Positions 46,140 to 56,116 are shown, numbered from the stretch's first letter. The stretch is 64,000 nt of DNA from Candidatus Hermodarchaeum yapensis (GCA_016840405.1 JAEOSK010000006.1:9473-73472), one strand, 5' to 3'. Program-made: numbers and translations. Notes: generated from the sequence alone by a model not told the origin.

Positions 46140-47360
46140 ATGAGGAAATATCGTTTGTGGCAAATAGCAGTGTTTCTCCTCTTGATTTTCCTCGTAGCAC
46201 TGCCTCCCCACCGAGTTAATGCCTTTCAATATTTTCATTATTGGCGAGTAACCTTTTCTGGCTCGATAGAAGTCCATGGGAATGAATCGCTCCCAATTTC
46301 TTCTTACTGGAATTATATTGGAAATCGATCATGGCAAACCTGCGAACAACTTTCTTTCAATATAGTTCATAACTCTGAAACTATCGTGCCCTCAGAGCTT
46401 GGCGAAGATATCGATGGCAACCCTAGGCTTAGTTTGGACATTGGACCTCTTTTAGAGCCAAATGACACCCTGCAATGGGAGGAGGAATGGCTATTTACTG
46501 TCTCAGATAGGCGACCTAGTCTCCCTCAAATTAGTATCGAACAGTCAGGGACCCTTGAAGAAGTTGAATCTCTATTAGGAACAGAAGATTACCTGCGTTA
46601 TACTTCTGGGACAATGTTATGGAAGACTTGGAACCAGTCCTTGCTCGATCTTGCACAAGTTATCCAAGAGGGAATTCCAGAAGAGTCTCAAAATAATATT
46701 CTCGCCTTGGTTCATGCGTCGATTGCGTGGATTCAAGCAAATATCACAAGATCGACTGGGATAACTGAACCCCAATATCCTGAGGAGACCGTAGATAGTC
46801 AAATGGGCGATTGTGACGATCAGTCTAATTTGCTTATTACACTTCTGCGGATTCACAATATACCCTGCTATCTCTTGACTGGTCACTGGTTTCAGAATGC
46901 TGCCCGAACGCATGGATATCTTTGGGGGTCCGTCGAAGAAGATGCCTATCTTTATGTTGATTGGCAGAATTCAAATGGTCATGGTTGGGCAATGGTTTAT
47001 GTTCCACCCTGGGGATGGCTTCCGTTTGATTTAATTGCAGCCGGACCAGGGAGTGACCCGATTGATACATACTACAATTCACTGTATGCTACTGGAGGAC
47101 CATTTGTAACCTTATGGCAAATTTTAGCCAGCGATTATATTGCCGAACGGCGAACAGAAAAAGTTGAACTCTTTGCTCATCAACTCCATCGAGTGGAAGA
47201 AGAAGTATGGCATAGCTTTGGCTCACTGCCAATTATTGACAATCAGTACCTAACAACAAATGTTGCCACAATACTTGCCCTCACTACTACTCTAATATTA
47301 TTAACCAGCCTTGTTGTAGTTGCGTATCGACGCCAACCGGAGGAGGACCCGGAACAGTGA
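46140..47360 (+). CDS. Transglutaminase-like cysteine protease-fold protein, secreted with C-terminal TM
   Basis: Signal-like N-terminus. GDCDDQSNLLITLLR (catalytic Cys), GHGWAMVY (His), LPFD (Asp). C-terminal hydrophobic helix. Confidence 0.8.
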   Translation: MRKYRLWQIAVFLLLIFLVALPPHRVNAFQYFHYWRVTFSGSIEVHGNESLPISSYWNYIGNRSWQTCEQLSFNIVHNSETIVPSELGEDIDGNPRLSLDIGPLLEPNDTLQWEEEWLFTVSDRRPSLPQISIEQSGTLEEVESLLGTEDYLRYTSGTMLWKTWNQSLLDLAQVIQEGIPEESQNNILALVHASIAWIQANITRSTGITEPQYPEETVDSQMGDCDDQSNLLITLLRIHNIPCYLLTGHWFQNAARTHGYLWGSVEEDAYLYVDWQNSNGHGWAMVYVPPWGWLPFDLIAAGPGSDPIDTYYNSLYATGGPFVTLWQILASDYIAERRTEKVELFAHQLHRVEEEVWHSFGSLPIIDNQYLTTNVATILALTTTLILLTSLVVVAYRRQPEEDPEQ

Positions 47361-49126
47361 CCCCACCGGTAATGCCGAGTAAGCTGTATTCAGAGTACGT
47401 ATTCGATGGTCATGAGGTTGCCCCCCGATTTTGGGGACCAATCCCTCTTAATATGAAGGAAGCCGTGACCATCAGTCGTCCTCTAATCAAAGGATATCGC
47501 ACCAATCAACAACCCCTCTTTTCCCCAGAGCGATTTAGCCGATTTTGTGATGCATTACGAAATATTCATCGAGAATATCAAGGACTAACTCCGAAGGTGA
47601 AGAAGAACTTAGACCTCCTAGAAGAACAGATAGCAGTTGTAGAGGCAGGACACCAACCAGCTTTGTTTGGTGGCCCCGGCTTTGTAATTAATAAACTCAC
47701 CACCATTGCCCGACTCGCAACTTTACAGAACACCGCTCCCATCATGTTTGTGGGCGACCACGACCATGAACAAAAGGAATTAACCGTAATTCATTTGCCT
47801 AGCCCAGGACCCCGAGGAATCACATTCTCGATGCCTGTCCCCCGTGAATACAAACAATCACCTATGCATGTGTTACCACTCCCCACACAAACCTGGTTTA
47901 GCCAAGCACTAACGAAGATTTCGTCAACCTATCATGAACTAATTGCAGGAATGCCCAAGAAACAAAAAAGCCAATACGAGAATCGAATCCAGACGCTTAC
48001 CAGCATCCTTGAATCAACATTCACCCAGGCAAGCACTATTTCGGAGTGGAGTATACTCCTATGGATGCAGATCGTTAATCTCTCGCAGGATAGTGGAATC
48101 TTATTCCAAATTTTTTCGAATTCGAGCATACGCCAACTCATGCTCCCAGCTTTTGAGTATCTATTGAAATCCCAAACCCGCTCTCGCCTCATCCAAGCCC
48201 TAAATCATAGTGGAAGCCAACTCAAAGAATTTGGCTATACTCCAGGCATTGGTGTTCGCGCTGAAGATTACGTACCCTTTCATCTTGAATGTCCAACAAA
48301 GGGCTGCCACCGAACCCGTTTGGATCCTACTCTCACTCACCCATCGACTAACAGCAAGGTTGAGATAAGCACCCGTTGTCCTAAATGTAGAACCGAGCAT
48401 TCAATCCTGATAAAAGAAAAATCCCCGGACCTCAGCCCTTGGGCTGACTTTCTTTCACCCCGAGTTGATACACGTGCGTTTCTCGTACAAAGCTATACAC
48501 CCGTGATTCTACATGTGGGAGGCGCTGGCGAAACGGATTATCACGCCCAAGTGTCCCCCGCACTCGAAGCAATTCAAAGCATATCTCCAATCTTCTTTCG
48601 ATATAATCGTCTTTATTATGGAAATCCTTGGACTCGACGCCAAGCACAGAAACTCTCGAGTGAAAACCTCAATTCACTTCAACCGAGTGAACTTCATTTC
48701 CATACCTCTGCAATAACAACTGGATATAATGAAGACAATCCCGGAGTAACTCGTTCTCTCTTTGCAGCAAGTGGAGAATATATTCTAGAAACCGCAGCAC
48801 AACTCATCTCAGATGAATCCCGACTTGAGAGGGAACGAATGGATACAATCATACAACAACGTGAAGCTACAGACCCAACATCCAAAGAAGAGCTGCAATC
48901 AAAGGTAGGTGTTCTAACACGTAGACGCCAACTAGTCCAAACCTATCTTTCACAAATGTTCGGTCGATATTCTCCCGAACGATTGGGACAAGAATCAAGT
49001 TTTGTATGGATAGACAGCGCCATTTCCCTTGGTCCCAATGAACTCTTCAATCGTCTTTCAGCGCATTATCAGCCGCTGACACCACCGGCTGCCACACACT
49101 ATCTCTTTGATGAACCTAATGAATAG
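47357..49126 (+). CDS. bshC: BshC-family protein (bacillithiol biosynthesis cysteine-adding enzyme, YllA/UPF0747)
   Basis: VVEAGHQPALFGGPGFVINKLTTIARLA and PIMFVGDHDHEQKEL parallel BshC GGQQxGLxxGPLYTIxK and FWxAGEDHDxDE. VGGAGETDYH parallels AGPGEINYW. There is a GTGA start/stop overlap with the upstream gene; alternative ATG at 47372. Confidence 0.7.
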   Translation: MTPPVMPSKLYSEYVFDGHEVAPRFWGPIPLNMKEAVTISRPLIKGYRTNQQPLFSPERFSRFCDALRNIHREYQGLTPKVKKNLDLLEEQIAVVEAGHQPALFGGPGFVINKLTTIARLATLQNTAPIMFVGDHDHEQKELTVIHLPSPGPRGITFSMPVPREYKQSPMHVLPLPTQTWFSQALTKISSTYHELIAGMPKKQKSQYENRIQTLTSILESTFTQASTISEWSILLWMQIVNLSQDSGILFQIFSNSSIRQLMLPAFEYLLKSQTRSRLIQALNHSGSQLKEFGYTPGIGVRAEDYVPFHLECPTKGCHRTRLDPTLTHPSTNSKVEISTRCPKCRTEHSILIKEKSPDLSPWADFLSPRVDTRAFLVQSYTPVILHVGGAGETDYHAQVSPALEAIQSISPIFFRYNRLYYGNPWTRRQAQKLSSENLNSLQPSELHFHTSAITTGYNEDNPGVTRSLFAASGEYILETAAQLISDESRLERERMDTIIQQREATDPTSKEELQSKVGVLTRRRQLVQTYLSQMFGRYSPERLGQESSFVWIDSAISLGPNELFNRLSAHYQPLTPPAATHYLFDEPNE

Positions 49127-49162
49127 TAGGACATTGAAAGTATATTTTTACTAGACAAGAAC

Positions 49163-49693
49163 ATGGAGTGCCGAACAACCATGAATTTGCTTGATATCAT
49201 TAAAGGTCGACGTAGCATTCGCAAGTACCAATCCCGGGAAGTAGAACAAGAGAAGATTGAAAAAATTCTCGAAGCTGCACAATGGGCACCTTCAGCGTCG
49301 AACCGCCAACCCTGGCATTTTATTGTAATTCGGGACCCTGAGACACGCAAGAAGCTCGGTGCTATTCATTCACATGGCAGATTCATGAAAGAATCTCCAG
49401 TGGTAATTGCCGTGCTTGGAGACCCTGAAGCTCACGAAAAATATTTTCTATGCGACCCTCATCAAGCGATCCAGAATCTCATGCTTATGGCACATTGGCT
49501 TGAATTAGGAACTTGCTGGATGGGTGTTCGGGGAACTTCATTTGAACCAAAAATGAAAACACTCCTAGGTGTCCCAGATTCACTCCACCTAATTTGTACG
49601 ATTTCTCTTGGATATCCGAATGAGGAACGAACGAAAACACGCAAAGCATTATCAGAGATTGTATCCTGGGAACGCTACGGACAAAGAAAATGA
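49163..49693 (+). CDS. Nitroreductase-family flavoprotein
   Basis: RRSIRKYQSREV...AAQWAPSASNRQPWHFIVI. Confidence 0.85.
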   Translation: MECRTTMNLLDIIKGRRSIRKYQSREVEQEKIEKILEAAQWAPSASNRQPWHFIVIRDPETRKKLGAIHSHGRFMKESPVVIAVLGDPEAHEKYFLCDPHQAIQNLMLMAHWLELGTCWMGVRGTSFEPKMKTLLGVPDSLHLICTISLGYPNEERTKTRKALSEIVSWERYGQRK

Positions 49694-49702
49694 ATTGTTA
49701 GT

Positions 49703-50809
49703 CTAGGTTTGAAGCACTTTTTTGTAGATAGCTTCGTATTGTGGCACAACTTTGTCAACCGTATGGCGTTCAATAATGGTTTGACGGGCCTTCGTCCCAA
49801 GGTTGTTTGCTAGCGTTTGATCTGTGAGTATCGCATACAATTTGTCTGCCAACGCATCGATATCCCCAAAGGGCACCAGAAGCCCATTTTCCCCATTATC
49901 AATTATTTCTGGAATGCCACCCACTGCTGTTGAAACGACGGGTAATCCAGCACTCATTGCTTCTAAGAGTGATAATGGGGCGCCTTCGAGTTCGGAGGTT
50001 AAGGCAAAAGCGTAGCCACAGCGTAGATATTGATAGATGTCCCGTTTAAAACCGGGACATTTGACCCTGTCATTCAATTCGAACTCGCGAATCAAGCGGT
50101 CGACCTCTGGTCGTGTTGGACCATCACCAAGCAGAAGTAATTCGACATCATCCAGCTTATCAACAATCTGTGCAAATGCGGTTACTAAGTCTTGAACGCG
50201 CTTAACGGGACGAAAATTGGACACATGTATCACTTGGCGTTTTCCATCATTTGTGGTAAATTCACACGCGTTTGGTTTGTATAATTCAGTGTCAGTAAAA
50301 TTCGTGATTGGTTCAACCACACATCGTATTCCCAAAGTTTGTTCAGCAGTTTGACAGATATGTTTAGTAACGCATGTAACTGCATTGGCACTCTCCACTG
50401 AATAGCGCGTAGCAAGTTGATAGGAAGGGTCTGCGCCCAGAGTATGCACATCAGAACCATGTAATGTTACAACATAGGGAATGCCCGTCATCTGCTGAGC
50501 CATATTAGCAGATACGGCATGCGGGATAGCATAGTGAACATGTAACAGGTCCAATTCATATTTTTGTGCGACTTGAACCATTCGAGATGCAAGAGCAACA
50601 GTGTAAGGAGGATATCGAAAGAGGGGGTATTCTAGCACATCAACGAGATTTACAGTGACGTTCTCGTATTGACCTTCTTGGAGCTCGAATGGCACTTCGT
50701 AAGTGATAAAGTGCACTTCATGTCCTCGTTTACCAAGTTCGACCCCTAACCTTGTGGCCAGAAGTCCAGAACCTCCGACTCCAGGGTAACATGTAATTCC
50801 AATTCGCAT
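49703..50809 (-). CDS. bshA: GT4 glycosyltransferase, BshA type (N-acetyl-alpha-D-glucosaminyl L-malate synthase)
   Basis: MRIGITCYPGVGGSGLLATRLGVELGKRGHEVHFIT, VTLHGSD, IHVSNFRPVKRVQD and LLEAMSAGLPVV closely track my recollection of Bacillus BshA. Confidence 0.8.
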   Translation of the reverse strand: MRIGITCYPGVGGSGLLATRLGVELGKRGHEVHFITYEVPFELQEGQYENVTVNLVDVLEYPLFRYPPYTVALASRMVQVAQKYELDLLHVHYAIPHAVSANMAQQMTGIPYVVTLHGSDVHTLGADPSYQLATRYSVESANAVTCVTKHICQTAEQTLGIRCVVEPITNFTDTELYKPNACEFTTNDGKRQVIHVSNFRPVKRVQDLVTAFAQIVDKLDDVELLLLGDGPTRPEVDRLIREFELNDRVKCPGFKRDIYQYLRCGYAFALTSELEGAPLSLLEAMSAGLPVVSTAVGGIPEIIDNGENGLLVPFGDIDALADKLYAILTDQTLANNLGTKARQTIIERHTVDKVVPQYEAIYKKVLQT

Positions 50810-50924
50810 TGTCTGTCGAAAGGCATCCTGTCTTTCCTACCCTTATGTGTTGCTCTATACGTCTGTTAACACTCCACCCTAAGACGAGGAAACCTTTAGG
50901 GAGAGAAACAGCGTAATATTCAGT

Positions 50925-51602
50925 ATGTCCGATTCCTCGTCTCACCACCTTCTAGTCGTGGCAGCCCACCCCGATGATGAAACATTCGGATGCGGAGGCA
51001 CCATTGCCCTTGAAAGGGCAAACGGAAACCCAGTTACAGTGTGCTGTCTTACAGGCACCGTCGCCCGACACCGAGAATTAGAAGCTGCCTGCGAAACGCT
51101 AGGTGCAAAAGTTATTGCACTGAAAGCCAAAGATATGACGCTAACAATTTCGGATGTAACTAAAACCCTCATTCCGATTATTCATGAGAAACGTCCAGAA
51201 GTCATCATTTCCCACAGTGCCGAGGATTACCATCCAGATCATCGCATCGTCCATGAAGCAGTTCTCCGTGCAGCAGAATGGGCAGGTCATTCGACACAAT
51301 ATAAGAGTAAAGCTTGGCGCCCGAAGCGCCTTCTCTTCATGGAAATCAACAACCTTCTCTCCATGCCTACGGTGCTAGTCGATATTTCTGATTATATTGA
51401 GCTGAAAACTGATGCGATTTATGAATATGCGAGTCAAATGAAAAAAACCGAGGAATACTATCTCTTCTTCAATTTACAGAAAGGACGATTACGGGGTCTG
51501 CAAGCAGGAACTGAATATGCTGAAGCCTTCCAAGAAATCCTCATGCCCATTCATGGACCTTTCTATTCCCCGACACCAACTGTCAAAACAATATTTTCCT
51601 AA
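50925..51602 (+). CDS. bshB: PIG-L/LmbE-family deacetylase (BshB candidate)
   Basis: VVAAHPDDETFGCGGT and HPDH motifs. It is divergently paired with bshA (115-nt spacer). Confidence 0.65.
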   Translation: MSDSSSHHLLVVAAHPDDETFGCGGTIALERANGNPVTVCCLTGTVARHRELEAACETLGAKVIALKAKDMTLTISDVTKTLIPIIHEKRPEVIISHSAEDYHPDHRIVHEAVLRAAEWAGHSTQYKSKAWRPKRLLFMEINNLLSMPTVLVDISDYIELKTDAIYEYASQMKKTEEYYLFFNLQKGRLRGLQAGTEYAEAFQEILMPIHGPFYSPTPTVKTIFS

Positions 51603-51624
51603 TCTGAGCCCTTCAACCAAATGA

Positions 51625-52659
51625 TTAGTCAAGAGGCGGCGGAATTTCAATCCGAGACCCCCGAATTTTTTTTACCCAGTCCTCAAACGCTGGACCCGTT
51701 GGCTTCTGTTGATAGAGATCTGCCCGATTTGCTTCAAGGAGATTTTCGGATAAACCTAACACCTCAGCTATTGTAAGAATCTGATGCCCCCGATTACTCG
51801 CTAACCTCTGAATAGGATTCAACCAATTCAACCAGTTTTGATCTCGAAGCAAATGATGGTCAACAACGATCATAGGGATCTTGTCAGCAAGCAGCCCTAA
51901 GTTTTCAGTAGCGTTTACTAAAATTTCAGGCCTGACCTTCTCCGGTGAAAGATATGTGGGAGGACCCGCCAGAACCAGCACATCGGGGTTTTGCCCTATA
52001 ATCCATTCTGCGGTGGATTTCACCATTGGACCTTGGACATCTGAAGCATGAACCAGCGTAAAATCTCCACATCGGATGGTCGTCATAATTACCCATCCGA
52101 GTTTCGTTCTATCTTCACCATGAGGAACAGCAGGCGAAAACCGAATCACCGTTTGTCCAATCTTTAAGGCTCTACCATCAGCGTACACAACTTCTTCAGC
52201 GACTTTCCTGACACTCCTAACGAAATTATATCCTCGCCGTTGTTGAGAGTAATTAATGTGGAGACGAATATCCTTACAATAAATTCGATGGTCTTGATAC
52301 AGGCTAGAAGCCTCGTCACGTGACGACCAGAAATAGGCGAAATTTTGGAAGAAAGGCATGAAATGATCATGGTGAAAATGAGAAACCACAATCAAATCTG
52401 TTGATTGAGCCACTGAATCAATTTTCTTCCTAATAGATTTCAGTAACCGATATTCCTCAGGATGAGGGTGATAACTATCTCGAAACCCAAGAGCTGCACT
52501 AGGATCGATGAGTATGGATGTATCATCGGTTTGAACATGAACCGCTAGACTTCGAACACCAAGACTTTCTGCTGCTAATGGCGTAATCACCATATCCTTA
52601 CTAAGTTGGATATTTCCAGAGGTAACTGATGGTGATTCGCCCATTGTAACTGACTCCAA
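51625..52659 (-). CDS. MBL-fold metallo-hydrolase
   Basis: VVSHFHHDHF (HxHxDH) motif and later His/Asp ligands. Confidence 0.75.
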   Translation of the reverse strand: MESVTMGESPSVTSGNIQLSKDMVITPLAAESLGVRSLAVHVQTDDTSILIDPSAALGFRDSYHPHPEEYRLLKSIRKKIDSVAQSTDLIVVSHFHHDHFMPFFQNFAYFWSSRDEASSLYQDHRIYCKDIRLHINYSQQRRGYNFVRSVRKVAEEVVYADGRALKIGQTVIRFSPAVPHGEDRTKLGWVIMTTIRCGDFTLVHASDVQGPMVKSTAEWIIGQNPDVLVLAGPPTYLSPEKVRPEILVNATENLGLLADKIPMIVVDHHLLRDQNWLNWLNPIQRLASNRGHQILTIAEVLGLSENLLEANRADLYQQKPTGPAFEDWVKKIRGSRIEIPPPLD

Positions 52660-52792
52660 ATACGGAAGATTGTGATAATCTACCTACTAATTCAATCACT
52701 TGCGCATATATGCTCCCCATCCTTTACTTGGGAAAAAAATGAAAAAGAGTATTGGAGTTCGGAACTTGATCTTTATCCCGAACCCTTGAGTT

Positions 52793-53995
52793 TTAGTCTA
52801 TACGTTTTACTAATTCGTCAGGATTTGGTAGCTTTTTAACCTGCTCAGGTTCTTTTCGGAAGCGAACACCAGATTCGGCTTCTATGCTTTCTGTGTAGAG
52901 GACTTCACCTTCTATGGTCACATCTCGTTCAATGTAAATTACACGACCATAGAGGTTTTTCACCCGAGCACGTTCTTCAACCCGAATCGTATCACCATAA
53001 AAGGACTCCCCACGGACCCGTTCCGAAACCGTGATGTCAGGACTTTCAACAAAGCCAGACACCTCACCCCGACGCCCGATTCGAAATTCCTTTACTGCTT
53101 TGATGCGAGTACCCTTAATCGATCCACCAATATCAATGATAGGAGATTCGATAAGATTCCCTGCTCTGAGCGATCCACCTACCTCAATTTCCCTTGCTAC
53201 GATGAGATCTGTATTCACAACAACCGATCCACCAACATCTAAATTCTCAGCTAGAACTAGTGATGCTTCAGCTTTTACGGACCCACCTACATCAACAATT
53301 CTACCCGTGGCTTTCCCCCCGAGTTTCGCTGCACCACCACAATCCAGCATTTCAAATGTCAGGTCACCTTCGCTCTTGAAAGAGCCCCCAACATCAATAT
53401 TAAGTACTTTGGAGCCAGGACCAACAACCACAGCCCCACCGACATCGATGTCTCCAATCTCGACAGCCCCTTCAGCTTTGAATGCCCCGCCAACGTTTAC
53501 TTTCCCAATGGTGCCTGTATTGCATTTTACGGCGCCACCAACATTAATGGTCTTTGAATCAACTTTCCCCTCGATTTTCACTGCACCACCAACGTTAATG
53601 TCCTCAACGGTAGCATCGCCTTTGACAGATAGTGCACCTCCAATCGATACTTTTGAGGCCTGCAAATCCTTACCGACAGAAAGAGCAGCCCCAACATCAA
53701 ATTTATTCGCGGTCGCCGAACCCTCAATTTCAAGCTTCCCATTTTTGACACGAACCGACCGGGTGACGACTAGATCCCCGTGGATTTCTGTGGTGTTGCG
53801 GCCATCAATTTCAAGATACTCAGCTTTCAAGGATCCCTCAATCACAGTATCTTCGCGAATAAACAGTTCACCATCGATGACGATTTCCTTCCCTTTTTCT
53901 GGGACGATCGTTCGACAGTTCTCAACTTTCACATCACCTTTGATGTGACCCAATTTGAGTTCATGTTCATTTTTGAACTGTAGTTTTTCACCCAT
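52793..53995 (-). CDS. Bactofilin-like (polymer-forming cytoskeletal, DUF583-type) beta-helix repeat protein
   Basis: About 10 consecutive repeats of 17-22 aa centred on (D/N)(V/I)GG(A/S)xK (INVGGAVKIEG, INVGGAVKCNT, VNVGGAFKAEG, IDVGGAVVVGP, IDVGGSFKSEG...). ATG 53995 is preferred; the track start is 54031. Confidence 0.7.
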   Translation of the reverse strand: MGEKLQFKNEHELKLGHIKGDVKVENCRTIVPEKGKEIVIDGELFIREDTVIEGSLKAEYLEIDGRNTTEIHGDLVVTRSVRVKNGKLEIEGSATANKFDVGAALSVGKDLQASKVSIGGALSVKGDATVEDINVGGAVKIEGKVDSKTINVGGAVKCNTGTIGKVNVGGAFKAEGAVEIGDIDVGGAVVVGPGSKVLNIDVGGSFKSEGDLTFEMLDCGGAAKLGGKATGRIVDVGGSVKAEASLVLAENLDVGGSVVVNTDLIVAREIEVGGSLRAGNLIESPIIDIGGSIKGTRIKAVKEFRIGRRGEVSGFVESPDITVSERVRGESFYGDTIRVEERARVKNLYGRVIYIERDVTIEGEVLYTESIEAESGVRFRKEPEQVKKLPNPDELVKRID

Positions 53996-54157
53996 TTTAC
54001 ATGTCTCCAGACATTTCGCTAATGAAACCAAGGTATTAGTTATTTAAAAGGCGGACTCACAATTTGGGGTCACATAATGTTACTTTACTCACATTTTGTA
54101 AAATAGTACCAATTGAATGATTTGATAGCCTAGGAGTTCTCCCTTTACCAGCACGGT

Positions 54158-54466
54158 TTACTGTTGGTTGACCTTTTTTGATTTCCGTTTAGAACCCAGT
54201 TGACAATATGAACCGACAATCACTAGAAGCAAGCTGCCTCCCACGATAGCTACAATGATGCCAATAATCATAAACGGAATGTAGATAAGTGTGGCTTTTC
54301 GTTTTTCTTTCTTCGTTTGTGGTGGAACATGCTCAGTGATTTCAGGAGGATAATCACTCATCGCCCACACACGGGGGCTAAACCCGATCATTACTGCAAG
54401 TAAATACAATGTGAAAACAATTGCGAAGATGGAACCATGAACGACGATATACAAAAAGAGACTCAT
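54158..54466 (-). CDS. Hypothetical small membrane protein
   Basis: 102 aa with 2-3 TM helices and a basic tail. Confidence 0.4.
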   Translation of the reverse strand: MSLFLYIVVHGSIFAIVFTLYLLAVMIGFSPRVWAMSDYPPEITEHVPPQTKKEKRKATLIYIPFMIIGIIVAIVGGSLLLVIVGSYCQLGSKRKSKKVNQQ

Positions 54467-54516
54467 TGTCGAATTCTACCGATTTTAAAATTATGTTTTT
54501 GTTTCCTACTTGAGAA

Positions 54517-54828
54517 TTAAAAAGGTGTTACTGGTTCGGGCATAGGCATTCCCACAAACCCAATCATTCGTTTATACATCTCTAGATATTGACGCCCACG
54601 AACTGTTACCCGGAAGAGCCGACGTCTTTCCTCTTCTACTAATTCGACAAGCCCACGTTCCTTAAGAAAATCTAGCGTCGTTTTTGCACGATCAACAGGA
54701 AGATTAGTAGATCGAGCAGCCCGAGTTAATGGACAATAACCATGAATGATAATGATACGAATAAGCATGGCATAGATATCGTAACGAGTGCGTTTATGAA
54801 CGGGGGCTTCAATTGAAATTGTCATCAC
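54517..54828 (-). CDS. Winged-helix transcription regulator (small archaeal wHTH type)
   Basis: YDIYAMLIRII..., LTRAARSTNLPVDRAKTTLDFLKERGLVE and FRVTVRGRQYL. Confidence 0.55.
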   Translation of the reverse strand: MMTISIEAPVHKRTRYDIYAMLIRIIIIHGYCPLTRAARSTNLPVDRAKTTLDFLKERGLVELVEEERRRLFRVTVRGRQYLEMYKRMIGFVGMPMPEPVTPF

Positions 54829-55004
54829 CTTCTCTAAGAAGTCTTGTCTATAGTGCGTCGTATATTCCTTTTAAAGAAAAGCTCTGGATTATGTTTTTTG
54901 TAGTAAAGAAGACTGTTAAGCCAAGTATCGAAAAGGTTTTTCTAGGGTGGCTCGGAAAGGGTCGAACACTCCCACAGGCACAAAACAATATTGAGGCAAT
55001 AAAC

Positions 55005-55412
55005 ATGGGAAAACGAATTGAAGAAATCACTCGACTACTTGACGAACTCGAAGTTAGATTTGAACTCAAAGAGGAAACCATTGTTGCCCTCTGGAAAACT
55101 GAAAAATGGGAAAACCTCGTTGTCAACTTCATCTTCTCGCCAAACGAAATCTGGCTCACTATTGTTGGCTGGCAAAAATTCCCAGAACTCTCAGAAACAG
55201 ATGCGGCCGAATTCTACAAGAAACTTCTTGCTGAAAGTTGGAACTATAATGGGGTCAAATATTGTCTGGATCCTGATGGAGATCTTGCTGTTGTCGTTGA
55301 AACGGCAGATATGGAGATTAGCAAGGAAGAGCTTTCGCGTTACATTCGTCAAGTTTTGAATGCCGCCGATGAGATGTATGATTGGGTTCCAATAGAAGCT
55401 TGGACGGAATGA
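55005..55412 (+). CDS. Hypothetical acidic protein, possibly YbjN/chaperone-like fold
   Basis: 135 aa from ATG 55005. The upstream part of the track ORF overlaps the divergent wHTH gene. The fold assignment is a weak impression only. Confidence 0.4.
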   Translation: MGKRIEEITRLLDELEVRFELKEETIVALWKTEKWENLVVNFIFSPNEIWLTIVGWQKFPELSETDAAEFYKKLLAESWNYNGVKYCLDPDGDLAVVVETADMEISKEELSRYIRQVLNAADEMYDWVPIEAWTE

Positions 55413-55505
55413 GTTTTTCTATCAGAAATTTAATCTCAAACATGCTTTCGCTAACTGGTTAGAGACGAAAAGTTGGTAAAAAACAAGGAGAAGTATGGCA
55501 GTAAA

Positions 55506-56048
55506 TTAGAGTTTCTTTGTTGTATTGCGATCAAGATTGATTCCTAAGACTTTCAGGACATCAGCAATTTTGACGAGTGTATTGACACAGCCGTCTCGGA
55601 AAAGGAGAATTCCGCGACCAACGAGACCGAGTTTTTTTAGGAGGAGGCCACCGAGAAGGGCTTCCTTTTCACAGGCAATCCCAAGGATTGCATGTGGTTG
55701 GCTGAAATCGATGATTTTCTGAGCCATACTTCCACCCGGGAGAATGTAAACCCCTTTGTAGTTGAGTTTTTTTGCCGCTGCAGAAATTTGGTGGACTTGG
55801 CATTCAGGATTACAGTGTTGACAGACATATCCATGTTCTCCCAGGGGTGCTTTGCAATCTGATTCACGAAGACATTGGGGAACAAAAACAATCCGTTCTT
55901 CAGGAGGTGTTTTTTGGAATTCCTCTTGGTGTTCACCGTTCATTTTTTGGATATAGCCTTGCATGACTTCTTTCTCAGTGCAGCCATTCTTTGTTGCTTC
56001 ATCTTTGATTTTAGTCAAGACTTCTAATTCAATGGTGGAATCAGACAT
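55506..56048 (-). CDS. DUF116-family protein
   Basis: FVPQCLRESDCKAP...YVCQHCNPEC...ILPGGSMA...LGIACEKE matches the DUF116 Cys pattern. Confidence 0.65.
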   Translation of the reverse strand: MSDSTIELEVLTKIKDEATKNGCTEKEVMQGYIQKMNGEHQEEFQKTPPEERIVFVPQCLRESDCKAPLGEHGYVCQHCNPECQVHQISAAAKKLNYKGVYILPGGSMAQKIIDFSQPHAILGIACEKEALLGGLLLKKLGLVGRGILLFRDGCVNTLVKIADVLKVLGINLDRNTTKKL

Positions 56049-56116
56049 TTACAGGAACTCCAAGGGGAGGACATCAGGAGCTGAGTGAAATTACTCATTA
56101 GGGGCACACCATATAT

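Noticed and set aside
53031-53948. 305-aa antisense ORF rich in PPTS repeats
   Set aside because: It is the reverse-complement reading of the periodic VGG(A/S)xK repeats of the bactofilin-like gene. This stop-free antisense frame is a by-product of codon periodicity.
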